Shown: positions 30,641 through 45,694 of the stretch, piece by piece | Layout: each line of letters starts with the position of its first letter | Numbering within the stretch: the first letter of the stretch is position 1 | NCBI RefSeq assembly: GCF_009914755.1 | Contig: NC_060940.1 | Source: the human T2T-CHM13v2.0 reference genome, Homo sapiens | Strand: one strand, 5' to 3' | DNA length: 64,000 nucleotides | The notes under the pieces: model-generated | Database searches by the model: none | Seen by the model: the letters and a program-made list of their open reading frames with translations, nothing else | What the model was told of the DNA's origin: nothing | Position numbers and translations under genes: made by a program

Positions 30641-31436
30641 TCAGAGTGATAGTAACCAGAAGTGGTCACGGTCTGGTATATTTTGTAGACCTCTTAGGAA
30701 ATGTGTACATTAAGAGACTGGGTCTCGTAGATCTCAGGTGGAATCTTCAGCCTCTGTCTAGTTTTTGTGGGGGTCTGGCCATGCATCACAGCCTAGAAAG
30801 TGCAGGAACCTGGGCTGATTTCATGGTTCAGTACATGGTTTCCTGGGCAACCTTTCTGCCCCTTGACATACATGGATAAAGTCCTGTTGCCATAGTACCC
30901 TCATATGGGTGTATCTCATCTATGCCAACTAGAGAATAACCTGAGGACTGGAGGGCTTTGGGTATGATTTGTCAGAATCCAATTAGCAACTCCAATTGAT
31001 TGATGATGGCTGATTCGTGGGTAGCTATGAATTTGCAGCTCTTAGCTATTCTGTCTGTAAGGATGAAGGCAGTCTGAAAAGTGGCTGACTGCTGTATGGA
31101 GTACTCTTTGCTCCTCCTGGGTGAAAAGGGTCGTGACTTTTAGCAGCTCTTCTTCTTATCTTAACATTCTGAATCCCGTGTTCTAATGCATTATTGAGGG
31201 TTTGTGAAGACAGAGCAGGGGCCAGCTCTGCACCCAACGTCCCTTTGCTAGGGTCACGCAGAGGTAGGGGCACAGTACATAGGGATGAGAGTATGGGGAA
31301 AAAAGGGCTGTGACCTCAGACTGCTTAGGAAAGCAAATTGGCAGCAAAGTTCCAGCTCAGCCACTTAATCTTCACGTGTCCTTGGGCAAGTCATGTGACC
31401 TCTGTTAGCGTGTTATGATGGTGAGAATGTGTACAC

Positions 31437-31710
31437 TAGGGGTCTCAAACGCAGATGCTTACCTAGGGCCAGACAGTTAATGTTATCAGTCAAACATGGC
31501 CCATTGCTGGTCTGAACAACCTGTGCCATTTCTAGATGGCCATGCAGGAATGTAGATCCAATGGTGCCAGATTTTATCGTTTTAAAGAAAATATGGATAT
31601 TTTGATTTTTTTTTTGTAAAATGGGAAATCTAATTCTCATTTTTGGAAAACACTACCTGACCATGTAAAGCCACATCTGTGACTCATGGGCAACCAGTTT
31701 GCATCTTTGA
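31437..31710 (+). mobile_element. possible hAT-Charlie relic (MER103C-like)
   Basis: aggggtctcaaac...gaatgtagatccaatggtgccagatt...ccagtttgcatctttg. Confidence 0.4.
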
Positions 31711-31742
31711 TGTTTATTTTTGTATCAGAATCCGCTGGTGCT

Positions 31743-32170
<428 letters not shown>

Positions 32171-32289
32171 TCACTGGAAATGTGAGGGAATTAAAGCACC
32201 CTTTCCCCAGCAACCTTCAATGGGTAACTCAGGATTTGCTTTATAAATAACCCAGTTTTCCTTGCTTGTCAAGTGGGATAACTCATGAT

Positions 32290-32510
32290 TAGGGGTTGGC
32301 AAGTGTTTACAGTAAAGGACCAGATACAGAGAATATTTTAGGATTTGGGTGCCATATGGTTTCTGTGATAACTGCTCCACTACATCCTTGTAGTACAACA
32401 ATAGCCATAGACAATAACATATGGGTGTGGCTGTGTTCCAATAAAAGTTTATTTACAAAAATAGTCAGTGGGCCAGGTCTGGCCAGCTGGCCCTGTACTG
32501 GGCCTATATT
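32290..32510 (+). mobile_element. MER58A-like hAT-Charlie MITE
   Basis: ggggttggcaa...gtaaaggaccagata...gccatagacaata...gggtgtggctgtgttccaataaaagtttatttacaaaa. Confidence 0.8.
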
Positions 32511-32729
32511 GCTTATCTGTGCCATAAAGCAAGCTCTACGCTTATTGCCTAAGTTCTGTGATGAAAATAAGCTGTTACCCACTATGGTAACTGGCTTGGT
32601 AATGGGCTTTCTGCATAGCCTGTTTTCTCCTCCTTGTTTTACATCTCCCATCCCTACTGTGTTTTCTAAGAACCTTCTTTCTTAAAAGCTTCTTGCATTT
32701 AAAACCTGTTCTCCAAGAACCTTTTTTTC

Positions 32730-33045
32730 ATTTTTTTGAGGGGGAAGGTAGTAGGGGTTAGGGTCTGGTTCAGTCACCCAGGCTGGAGTGCGGTAGTGAG
32801 ATCACACAGTTCACTGCAATCTCAAACTCCTGGGCTCAAGTGATCCTCTTGCCTGAGTCTCCCAAATAGCTGGGACTACAGACTCACTCCACTCTGCCCA
32901 ACTAATTATTTTTAAAATTTTTTGCAGAGACAAGGTCTCACTGTATTGCCCAAGGCTGGTCTCCAGTTTCTGAATCTCAAGCAATCCTCCTGCCTTGGCC
33001 TCCCCAAGTGCTGGGATTATAGGTATGAGTCACCACATCCAGCCC
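32730..33045 (-). mobile_element. Alu (AluJo-like)
   Basis: cacccaggctggagtgcggtag...ctcctgggctcaagtgatcctc...; TSD agaa(a)cctttt. Confidence 0.88.
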
Positions 33046-33923
33046 AGAAACCTTTCAAACGTTGTTATTTGGCTTTATGTTTGGGAGCCATTTGAATGTG
33101 TATTTGAATCCCAGCCTGACCAGTTTCCTAGCCCTGTTGGGTTGAGCAAGTCCCTTCACCTCTCTCCTGGCCTCAGGCTCCTCATCTGTAATTGAGAGAA
33201 GGTCTGTGCTTTCTCAGAGAATAGTTAAGAGGATTTAATGGGATAAGATCTGTTAAACTCTTAGCACATAACCTGGCCCATGTTCAAGGTCCAATAAATC
33301 ACTGGCTGTGATTTCAACTCTTTATGTGAAGGATGCAGTTTATGGCTGTCTTTTAGGAATTGGCCAAAATGATGAGTCAGAAGCTCTTCTTATTTTCCTG
33401 TTTTTCACCTTGATTTTGGAGTAAGGTCACCCTTCCCACAGGTAGGGTGTGATTTAACAGTCTTTAAGAGATAACATTATGAAGACACCTGGGTGCCTGA
33501 GCCTTTTGCATCTTAATCGCTCTCCCTGGTTTCCTAAGAGAAGGAACAGATGGGAGAATGGAGACTGGCTTCAACTGGCCGTATTTCATCCGGCTGAGAA
33601 CATATGTTCTTGGGAAGGATGTAGGAACACCCTGAAATAGAGCGAAAAAGAGATGTGAGATGAGAGAAATCCTCCTGAAACATGAATGGACTTGAGTTCC
33701 TGCTGCCCTTCCTTGCAGCTTGCTGCCTCCTGCCTTGCGTAGAAGGAAAACTGTTCCTGGTTCCAGACAGAATGGATTTAAGTTCTGTTCTATCGTTATC
33801 TCCTTGGGAAAGCTATATGACTTCTCTGAGCCTCAGTTTGCTGAAATCTATTTATAAACGTTTACTTAGGTGGCTTTCTTTTTTAGCTATTCATCTGATT
33901 ACATTTTCTCTTGCTCTTTTTCA

Positions 33924-34214
33924 TTTTTTGGAGATGGAGTCTTGCTCTGTCGCTCAAGCTGCAGTGCAGTCGTGCAATCTTGGCTCACTGCAAAGTCCAC
34001 CTCATGGGTTCAAGCGTTTCTCCTGCCTCAGCCCCCCAAGTAGCTGGGATTACAGGCTCAACCCACCATGCCCAGCTAATTTTTGTATTTTTTAAATAGA
34101 GACAGGCTCTTATCACGTTTGCCAGGTTGGTCTCAAACTCCTGACCTAAAGCAGTCCAGCTGCCTTCACCTCCCAAAATGTTGGGATTACAAGCATCAGC
34201 CACCATGGCCTGGC
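33924..34214 (-). mobile_element. Alu (AluS-like)
   Basis: gagatggagtcttgctctgtcgctcaagct ... gccaccatggcctggcc. Confidence 0.9.
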
Positions 34215-34285
34215 CTACATATTCTCATTTTCTTCTGCGGTTTGAGAAGGAGTAGAAAACAATACAAAATAGAAATATGCCTTTC

Positions 34286-34450
34286 AGCCAGGCATGGTGG
34301 CTCATACCTGTAATCCCAGCACTTTGGAAGGCTGAGGTGAGAGGATGGCTTGAGCTGAGGCATTCAAGACCGGCCTGGGCAATATTATGAGACCATATCT
34401 GAAAGAAAAACATAAAATAAAAATTTTAATTTAAAACAAACAAAATAAAG
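34286..34450 (+). mobile_element. FLAM / Alu left monomer
   Basis: agccaggcatggtggctcatacctgtaatcc...gagaccatatctgaaagaaaaa. Confidence 0.85.
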
Positions 34451-34507
34451 CCAGGTAATGGAAACAAACTCTGACATCTTTCTGCTACATGTCCTTTTCT
34501 TTCTCCC

Positions 34508-34873
<366 letters not shown>

Positions 34874-35534
34874 TGAAATGTTCACTACTCCATTCAACAA
34901 AAAATGCCCATACAATCCAGAAGAGGAAGCGTCTTTTCTGATAATTTTAGCCTAAATCCTAGAGAGATGATTTGATTTGTGTCATCAGTCTTCTGTCCGT
35001 CTATAAACCGATTACAGTGACCAGAGGGACAGCATCCTCTGACTGTCAATGAGGAAGGGAGAGTGGGTTATACCATCCTACGTTGTGTGGACGAGTTGGG
35101 TTGCTGTAGAATGGGATAGTTTGAGACAGTTTCTCAAAGGAAGGGATTCTCGATTAAGAAAAGAAATTCGACTCTATGGAGTGTGATTCGTAAAAGGGAG
35201 AGTAAGGACAAAGCTATTGTCAAGGTTTCTTTATCCTCTGAAATGTAATTATTGACTTTTTTTAAAACATGGATAGGGATATGTAACTGATGCCTTCCCC
35301 CACCCCCCTGAAAAGTCTAAGGTCTAGAATAAAAGCTACAAAAGATAAATTCCAGGATATAGAAACAAGCCTGTAAAAAGCACCTTCATCAACAAGAAAC
35401 AGGCTCAATTTCACAAAACAAACCCATAAAGGGAGAAGAAAGACATGTACCAGTTAGTTTTCAATCTTCGCTCACCTTTTGTTCCTTCCCTTCAGTGAAA
35501 CAGGCCTTGCTGATGGGTTTTACTCATTCCATGG

Positions 35535-35912
35535 TGTATTAGCTGGCTAGGGGCACCATAACAAAATACCACAGGCTGGGTTGCGTAAGCAACACAGATT
35601 TGTTTTCTTACCCTTCTGGAGGCTGGAAATCTAAAGCCAGAGCATTGGCAGGGTCTGTTTCTTCTTGGGCCTCTCTCCCTGGTTTACTGATGACCATCTT
35701 CGGGGTGTGTCCTCACTTGGCCTTTTTTTTGTGCCTACGTGCATCTTGGATATCTCTTTCTCTTTTTCTAAAAATGGCAGTCAAATTGGATTAAATCCCC
35801 AACCTTATGACCTCCTTTGACCTTAATTACCTCCTTCTAGGTCCTACCTCCACATATAGTCACGTTAGGAGTTAAGACTTCAACTAGGAATTTTGAAGGG
35901 ACACAATTCGGT
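35535..35912 (-). mobile_element. MaLR LTR (MLT1A-like)
   Basis: tgtattagctggctaggggcaccataacaaaataccacaggctggg...ccttaattacctcc...gggacacaattc. Confidence 0.8.
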
Positions 35913-36056
35913 TCTGGGAATTGTTCATTTTCTTCTGAATTTTTTTTTTGTGTGTGTGTATGAGCAGAACATCTCTTCACCCGGACAGAATGCAATTCCA
36001 AGCCCCTCTGTTGCTGAACTGTTCTCCCTTTAAAACTGTCTTCATCCTCAGCGTAG

Positions 36057-36469
<413 letters not shown>

Positions 36470-36944
36470 TAGAATCACAGTTACTTGTGTGGATCTCTGT
36501 CCCTCTGTCCACCCACCACCCACTACCCACTACACCAGCATGCACTGAGAACAGGGTAATGATTCAGCAGTTTGGTATCCTAGTGCCTGGCACAGAGTAG
36601 ATGTTTGATAAATGTTTGATGACCTGAATTGGATTGAAGCTGAACAAATAGAAATTGCATTTGGCAATTATTTCCAGGCTTAGAAATGAATGTGTGTTAG
36701 GAGACTTATTTCCATAGCATTAAGATAATACAGTATATATGCAGGTGCTGTGTGCCTTATGTAGAAGCTCTAAATCTCTCTCAAGGATGCAGAAAGAGGT
36801 GAGGTTCAGGTTGAGTTGAAGAATGAAAAAAGAGTTGCTTAGGAGAACAATGCTGGGAAAGGGAGGAGATTTGCGGCCATGTAATATGGGTAGGTGAATT
36901 TCACTTAATATTGTGGCAGAATGCTCTATCATAACAGATGCTAA

Positions 36945-37335
<391 letters not shown>

Positions 37336-37469
37336 TAACTTTTTTTTCTTAACCAGTTGAGAAAAGGCATGTGAGTGAAAGAAACGTAATAGAGTCACCC
37401 ATCTTCTGAGGGGTCAGTTTCAGCTGTCTGTAGGCTGGATACTGGAGTCATTGTCATTATTGTCTGAGG

Positions 37470-38170
37470 GTATTCTGGCTAACTCTTTCTACCAAATAAA
37501 TCACCCTAGTATAATGGCTTAAAACAATAACGTGCATTTATTTTACTTAAGAATCTCATAATGGAGTCAGCTCACTTAATCAGGAGCTTTTATATAGTTA
37601 CATAGTGGCTGAGTCTGGGGTGGTTTTTTACTCATAAGTCTGGCCTGGGAAGACTCATAGAGTAGGAGCAGGAATATTGGGGACTACTAAGATCTCTCTT
37701 TCTCTCCTTGTACCTTGTTCTCATCTCTCCATGTGGTTTTTTCTCATGGTGATTTCAGGGTAGTCAGCCTTCGTAAGTATAGTATCACTTTTGCCTCATG
37801 GATTCAGTGAGTCACACACAAATGTCCACCCAGATTCAAGGAGAGACTCCACACTTCTCTCTTTTTTCTCTCTCTCTTTTGAGATGGAGTCTCGCTCTTT
37901 CGCCCAGACTGGAGTGCAGTGGCATAATCCAGGCTCACTGCAACCTCCGCCTCCTGGGTTCAAGCGATTCTCCTGCCTCAGCCTACTGAGTAGCTGGGAT
38001 TACAGGCATATGCACCACCATGCCCAGCTAATTTTTGTATATTTAGTAGAGATGGGGTTTCACCATGTTGGTCAGGCTGGTCTCGAACACCTGATCTCTT
38101 GATGGGGGCATGGCAACATTACCAAAAAGCATATTAACAGGAAAGATAATTGTGGCCACTGTTGAAAAAA
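37470..38170 (-). mobile_element. old MaLR LTR (MLT1F-H-like) with a truncated antisense Alu at ~37860-38097
   Basis: accaaataaatcaccctag..ataatggcttaaaacaataac...ccagattcaaggagagactccac [Alu] ctcttgatgggg. Confidence 0.6.
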
Positions 38171-38468
38171 GTGGTTTCTCATACGTGGTTGATCAGATAC
38201 ATGTACCTTTATCTTTCTGAAAACGATTGCTTTGTTCCTTCATTTAATATTTCCCCACAAGTGCTTCGCAGAGCACATAGTCGTTGTGAAGGCTCTATGT
38301 GGCACTCTGAGAGAAGGAATCCTTCACTGCTATCACTGAGATGAAAGAAAAAGAGTAGGACCTTTCCCTGCTACGTTTCTGTAGATTTCTGGTTCTAAAA
38401 GAACAAACTTAAAGGTAAAGCTCTTGTGTGTGCAAAAAAGTAGAACTCCAGTTTTGACAAAGTAGTTA

Positions 38469-38810
<342 letters not shown>

Positions 38811-38824
38811 ATTATCCTTGGTAG

Positions 38825-39116
38825 GGCCGGGCACGGTGGCTCATGCCTGTCAGCTCAGCACTTTGGGAATCTGAAGCGGGCGGATCACGAGGTCAGGAGT
38901 TTGACACCAGCCTGGCCAACATGGTGAAACCCCATCTCTACTAAAATACAAAAATTAGCTGGGTATGGTGGTGCATGCCTGTAATCCCAGCTATTGGGGA
39001 GGCTGAGGCAGGAGAAGGGCTTGAACCCAGGTGGTGGAGGTTGCAGTGAGCCTATTGCCCCATTGCACTCCAGCCTGGGGGACAGAGCAAAATTCTGTCT
39101 CATAAAGAAAAAAAAA
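38825..39116 (+). mobile_element. Alu (AluSg/Sc-like), tandem to the preceding Alu
   Basis: ggccgggcacggtggctc...cggatcacgaggtcagg. Confidence 0.92.
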
Positions 39117-39503
39117 TTGTCATTGTTTGAACTATACATCTTTACCTCACCTGGCAATGTATATTAAGCATTATTATTTCTATATTGCAGGTGGCGAAAC
39201 CAAGCCACAAATACAAAAACAAAGAAGGCTTGAAGGTCTCCGACTGAGTAGAACTTAGGTGTATGTATGCCTCTTTCCACTGAAGGAAAAATAACCATGA
39301 TCATTCCCTTATATTTTGCTAAGCTGGGTATGTGTCCAGTGCTCTCAGACCTGTTACCTATGGTACTCTTTAATCAAATAAAACCTTAAGTTCAAACATA
39401 TACACCGAAATAAGGCAGAACTACTCTGAAACAGAAGATTTATGGAGTCTCTTTCACCAGCAACTTAATAACATAGAGATCACAATGTTTCCCATATACA
39501 TGA

Positions 39504-39814
39504 TTTTTTTGTTGTTGTTATTGTTTTTTTTTGAGATAGAGTCTTGCTTTGTCGCCAATGCTGGGTACAGTGGTGCAGTCTCAGCTCACCGCAACCTCCA
39601 CCTCCTGGGTTCAAGCGATTCTTCTGCTTCAGCCTCCCGAGTAGCTGGGATTACGGGGGTGTGTCACCACACCTGGCTAATGTGTTGTATCTTTAGTAGA
39701 GATGGGGTTTTGCCATGTTGGCCAGCGTGGTCTGAAACTGCTGACTTGAAGTGATCCACTCATCTCGGCCTCCCAAAGCGCTGGGATTATGGGCATGAGC
39801 CACAGTGCCCAGCC
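39504..39814 (-). mobile_element. Alu (AluS-like)
   Basis: gagatagagtcttgctttgtcgcc ... gagccacagtgcccagcc. Confidence 0.92.
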
Positions 39815-41076
39815 TCACACGCACACGATATTTACACATACATACATATAAATATACATATTTTATATACATAATGGGTGTTGGTGCATTTCATAGGCTT
39901 GTCTTTGAATATCAAGATTTCAAACTGGTTTGCAACTGATAGAACCGAGAAAAATAACTCTTGGATACCTGACTTGAATCTCTCTTTGCCCATTGGCGGC
40001 CAAAGCCAGTTGTTGACGTAAAGTTTTTTTTGGTTGTTGTTGCTAATTGCATCTCTTTCCTGACAGAGGAGTAACCTCTTATTTACAAAAGTGTTTACAG
40101 TTTTACATACCCGATAGGTCTTACGCACATGTCAAGACAAGGTATTGAGCCAGGCGCATATACCCCTAATATGGCAAGAGAGAGAACTTCTCTGTCAAGA
40201 AGGCTGTAATAAAGTGTAACAGACAACACTTAAGGTGTCAGTCACCTTTGCAGGCGTATTGGAAGTTACAGGTTAGATCTAGTGGTTTTGATTTATTTTG
40301 ATGTCAAAAAGTTACTCACATATTTATGTAAAAAGAGAGTGGCAAATCAACGGGGTGTTGATTTTGAAGGTGCTATGTAATAAATCAGGGTAGCGATTCT
40401 GGTCATCTCGCCAATTTTGACAGTGAGACTTGCTTATTTATGGCGTTTTAAGGTCTGAGGAGTTGATTTATAGTTACAATAACGGTCTTCCATCCATTAG
40501 TAGTTCCGGCATGCATAGATGTGTCCCTCATTTGCATTTAATGATTGGCATTTTTAAAATTACACGACTATAAATTGTCAAGCAGGAACAAAACTCAGTT
40601 TAAAACGTAATTTTGTTGAAACATTTGTTTTAATAAAAAGGGGGTAGTTGGGATAAAATACATGCCAACTGTCCTCACCTGTTGTCCACCCCAATGCTAT
40701 ATTAATTATGATCCTATATCCTCCTCATTATGTAGATGGAGAAACTGAGGCAAAAAGAGGCATGATTTTTCTAGGGCAGTTCTCCAATATCAGGTCATTG
40801 CATTTAGGGGCTCTCTTAAGTGCAGGTGCCCAAGTCTAGCCATAGGTGAGGAGATGAGCCCCAGAGAACATGCCCTCCAGAGGATCTTAAATCATCACCT
40901 GACTTGAGCACCCAGTTTGAAGGCAGGTAGAAGGGTTCGAACCTCATTTCTGTGGATTAGCAACTTTATAACCTTGGGCAAGTTGCCTTTTTTCTATCAA
41001 TTCATGTGTCCTCAAATAAAGAAAGCTAATTATCCTAAACTTATTAGGCTATTTTAGGCATCAAATTTAATATGAA

Positions 41077-41390
41077 GGCTGGGTGTGGTGGCTCGTGCCC
41101 ATAATCTGAGTACTTTGGGAGACTGAGGCAGGAGGATTGCTTGAGCCCGGGAGTTCAAGACAAGCCTGGGCAACAGTGGGAAACCCCATCTCTACAAAAA
41201 AAAAAAAAGCACAAAAAATTAGCTGGGCATGGTGGATTATGCCTGTAGTCCCAGCTACTTGGGAGGTTGAGGCAGGAGGATCAGTTGAGCCTGGGACTGA
41301 GATGTTTCAGTGAACTGAGATGGCACCACTGTACTCCAGCCTGCGCAACAGAGTGAGACCTTGTCTGGGAAGAAAAAAAGAAGAAAAAAA
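41077..41390 (+). mobile_element. Alu (AluJ-like)
   Basis: ggctgggtgtggtggctcgtgcc...ggaggattgcttgagccc; TSD aaatttaat. Confidence 0.9.
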
Positions 41391-41804
41391 ATTTAATCTA
41401 GAACTCCCTAGCGTACGATTAAGTAAGTTATCAATAATTTTTTTCTCTTTCACCTTTAATCCTTCCCCACATATGCACACACACACACACACACGTGCAC
41501 ATACACACACTCAAAACCCCTGTGTTCTGGACTTACTGATTAATTTTATGAGAACGTTGTTCTGTGTTCCACTGGTTAGAAGTACTTAAAATGATCACAT
41601 TCAGGCAAGATATGAATCTCACGGAATTAAATTAGCTCATTGCTTGCTTTTTTCAAAGGGCAGTTTTACTCTTCTCTGTGAACATCTTAGTGTAATATTG
41701 GTTTTATATGCTGGTGCATTGTATTGCCCATGTGACAGCAATATGAGAGAAAATTAATAGTATTTTTCATCTTTTGCTACACCACCACTTTATTTATTTA
41801 GGTA

Positions 41805-42130
41805 TGTATGTATTTATTTATTTATTTATTTATTTATTTATTTTTGAGAGGGAGTTTCACTCTTGTTCCCCAAGCTGGAGTGCATTGGCGCTATCTTGGG
41901 GCTCACTGCAACCTCCATTTCCCTGGTTCAAGTGATTCTCCTGCCTCAGCCTCCTGAGTTGCTGGGATTATAGATGCATGCCACCATGCTCAGCTAAATT
42001 TTGTAATTTTAGTAGAGATGGGGTTTCACCATGTTGGTCAGGCTGGTCTCAAACTCCTGTCTGCAGGTGATCCAACCACCTTGGCTTCCCAAAGTGCTGG
42101 GATTACAGATGTGAGCCACCAGACCCGGCC
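41805..42130 (-). mobile_element. Alu (AluSq/p-like) with (TTTA)n tail
   Basis: gagtttcactcttgttcccc ... gtgagccaccagacccggcc. Confidence 0.9.
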
Positions 42131-43023
42131 TCCATCACTTTTTGTAATGAGGGTGAGGACACATTTTTGATTAAGTGAGTTATCTTCCCTTTAGTGAGTT
42201 ACCTTCCCTTTGTTTTGCTTATCTGAGTGAGGGCCACAGAGGCTGGAGTTGTAAATGGGACCTGGACAGATTGCTAAGTCTGGGAAAAGATGGAATGAGG
42301 AAGGATGAGAATGGAGATGGGAGTACCACACAGGAGATCGTGCAGAGAGGCAGAGGAGAAGGACTTTGCTTTGAAGAGTCAGGCACAAAGAGCTGGGTGA
42401 AGAGAGTTTTTAGAGAGTCTTGCTAAGGAATCCCCATTCGTCATCTCCCACATTAATTATTCCCCAAAGTATTTTGCTGCTGGAGTTCTTCAGTGTCAAG
42501 ACTGGACTCAAGGGGAATGAGCAGGCTCCGCTGTCTTCCAGTGAATACTTGAATTTGTCAAGAGTAAGCTACATGCTGGGCTTTGTCATCGTCTTCTCAA
42601 AGAGATGGTATTGAAGATTTTAATTTCAGAGTAAACCTGGAGTGGGGAAGGAGAATTGAAACCTAAGGGCCAGTGGGGGCAGTTGTACCTCTTGCCTCTG
42701 GTCAGGTGTGGGAGACAGAGGAGTGAGTGGTTCAAATCCACAGCCCGTCTTCCCTTCTTGTGCCTGCTATTTGTGGCTGATGTTGCTCCAGTTATCTATT
42801 GCATCATATCAAAGGCATTTGCTCTGCTTAATGCCTTTAGAAAACAATTTAATATCATCTTCGATGGTCTTGTGGTTTGACCAGGCACAGATGGGTAGAT
42901 ACCGCTTGGGGTATCTCATGTGGTTGCAGACAGAGAGCAGCTGGGGCTGGAGCTATCCAAGGATTTGGATGGGCTGGGTATTCAAGGTGACTTCTTCCCT
43001 CATTTGTCTGGCATCTGGGCTAG

Positions 43024-43909
<886 letters not shown>

Positions 43910-45694
43910 GTTGGGCTGGGATACCTTAGGGAAAGCCAGGCATCTCTCTTTTCACACAGCCTCTTTGTGTAGTTAGCCTGGACTTCCTCCTAGCGTGACA
44001 GTTGCAGATTAGTCAGAGCCCTTAAATGGCCCCTCCCTTTTCCATGCAGGACATCTGTGACCTAGCCCGAGAAGTCACACAGCATCACTTCCAGCATATT
44101 CTCTTGGTTACACAGGACCAGCTCCTGCATAGGGTGGGAAGGGACTACTCAGGGGTGAGAATACCAGGAGGCATGGTTCATCGAGGGGCCATCTTTGGAG
44201 ACTAGCTCTCATGGATGTTAAAGGCAGCGGCTTGTGAGCTGCAGAAATGGGTGACCGGATTTTGCACGTTTTTTGAGAAGCAAGGGGAGGGGAAAGTTAA
44301 CTTAATATGGGAGGGCTGCAAAAGTTGAGGCACAGCATTTTTTCCAGTAAGCTTGGCCGTCTTTGCTGAGCCCTGCACGATGCAGCCGTTAGCAGGCTGG
44401 GCAATGCTTTGCTTTATGAGGCAATTATTCCAACACACTCTATTCAAAATACACATTAGAACTTAACCTTCTGAATCCTCAAGTAGCATTTTTATCACCC
44501 ACCATTAGAAAAGAGATGGAGTCAGCATATTTCCCCCCCTTTTTATGATCGGGTATCATTAATAAAGCATTGGGCAAGGACCTTCTCGCAATTCCTCGGG
44601 ATAATTTGTGACACAAAAGGCGTTCTGTGATACAATGGTCTGTTGACTTATTCAATAACAGAGGAAACACATGGATTGTTTTAAAAAATAAAGCCAAGGA
44701 ATTAAACAACCAAACGGAATATTTCCTTTCAACAATGGGAACGCACGCTCAGAGTAGGGATGTGATGCTATTGGCTATGCATAACTAGAAATGGGAAGTT
44801 AATATGGAATTTCTAATTGGGGTCACATGCTAATGAACTCCCTCTTCATGTTAGTTTTATGCCGCTTCAGAAATCTTTTATCATATGCTTAAAAATTTAT
44901 GGGCAGAAACATTAATGAAAATGAGGCGTGAATTGGAAATCGTGTCATTATGGAGATGAGGGTGGCCCGGCATTGCTGATTTTCAAGGAGGTATCTTTTA
45001 TTACCTTTTTTTGAGAACTGAGAAATGATACAGGTAAAATTAATGACAAGGCGTATTCTCCATCCTGACATAGGCAGCATGGTTCTATGTAAAGTTATAA
45101 AAGTTTGATTTTAATAAGATTTTGAATTAATTATAAGGAGAATATTAATCATAATGGACAGTCATTTTTCAGAATAAAACTTCACCATCTAAGTAATATT
45201 ATAGTTCTTAAGTGCATAAAGATAGGCATTTTCTTTTTTCTATCGGCTTTGTCTTTTCAGAAATTAAAATCCACTTTTTCAGACTACGATGGATTGGAAA
45301 GCCTGGGCCTTTTCATCTGTGAAATACTCGCTCGATTTCAGATTGTACTTAAAAAGTACCTCTCTTTGCTAAGCTCAGGGGACAGGCAGATTTTGTGAGG
45401 CCATGTTTATGTGGAGGGAGCCAGTACAGTCATATTAAACTTTTTCTGTTTTTAATCTCTCAGAAACTATTGTTTTCAATACATCTGATAACCGTCACAT
45501 TTGAATGGATTTTCAGAAAGTCGTTTTGTGGGGTTTCTAAGAGTTGTACTTCACGCTTATCACAGCAGGGATGAAGGCAGAAGTTGGAATAAAATCTTGT
45601 TTCTAGGCCTGATCTCAAGGGAGTATCTTTTTTTATTTTTTATTTTTTACCCTCTCTCATTCTGTGTGCATTTGGACCCAGGTCTCAGTGAGTC

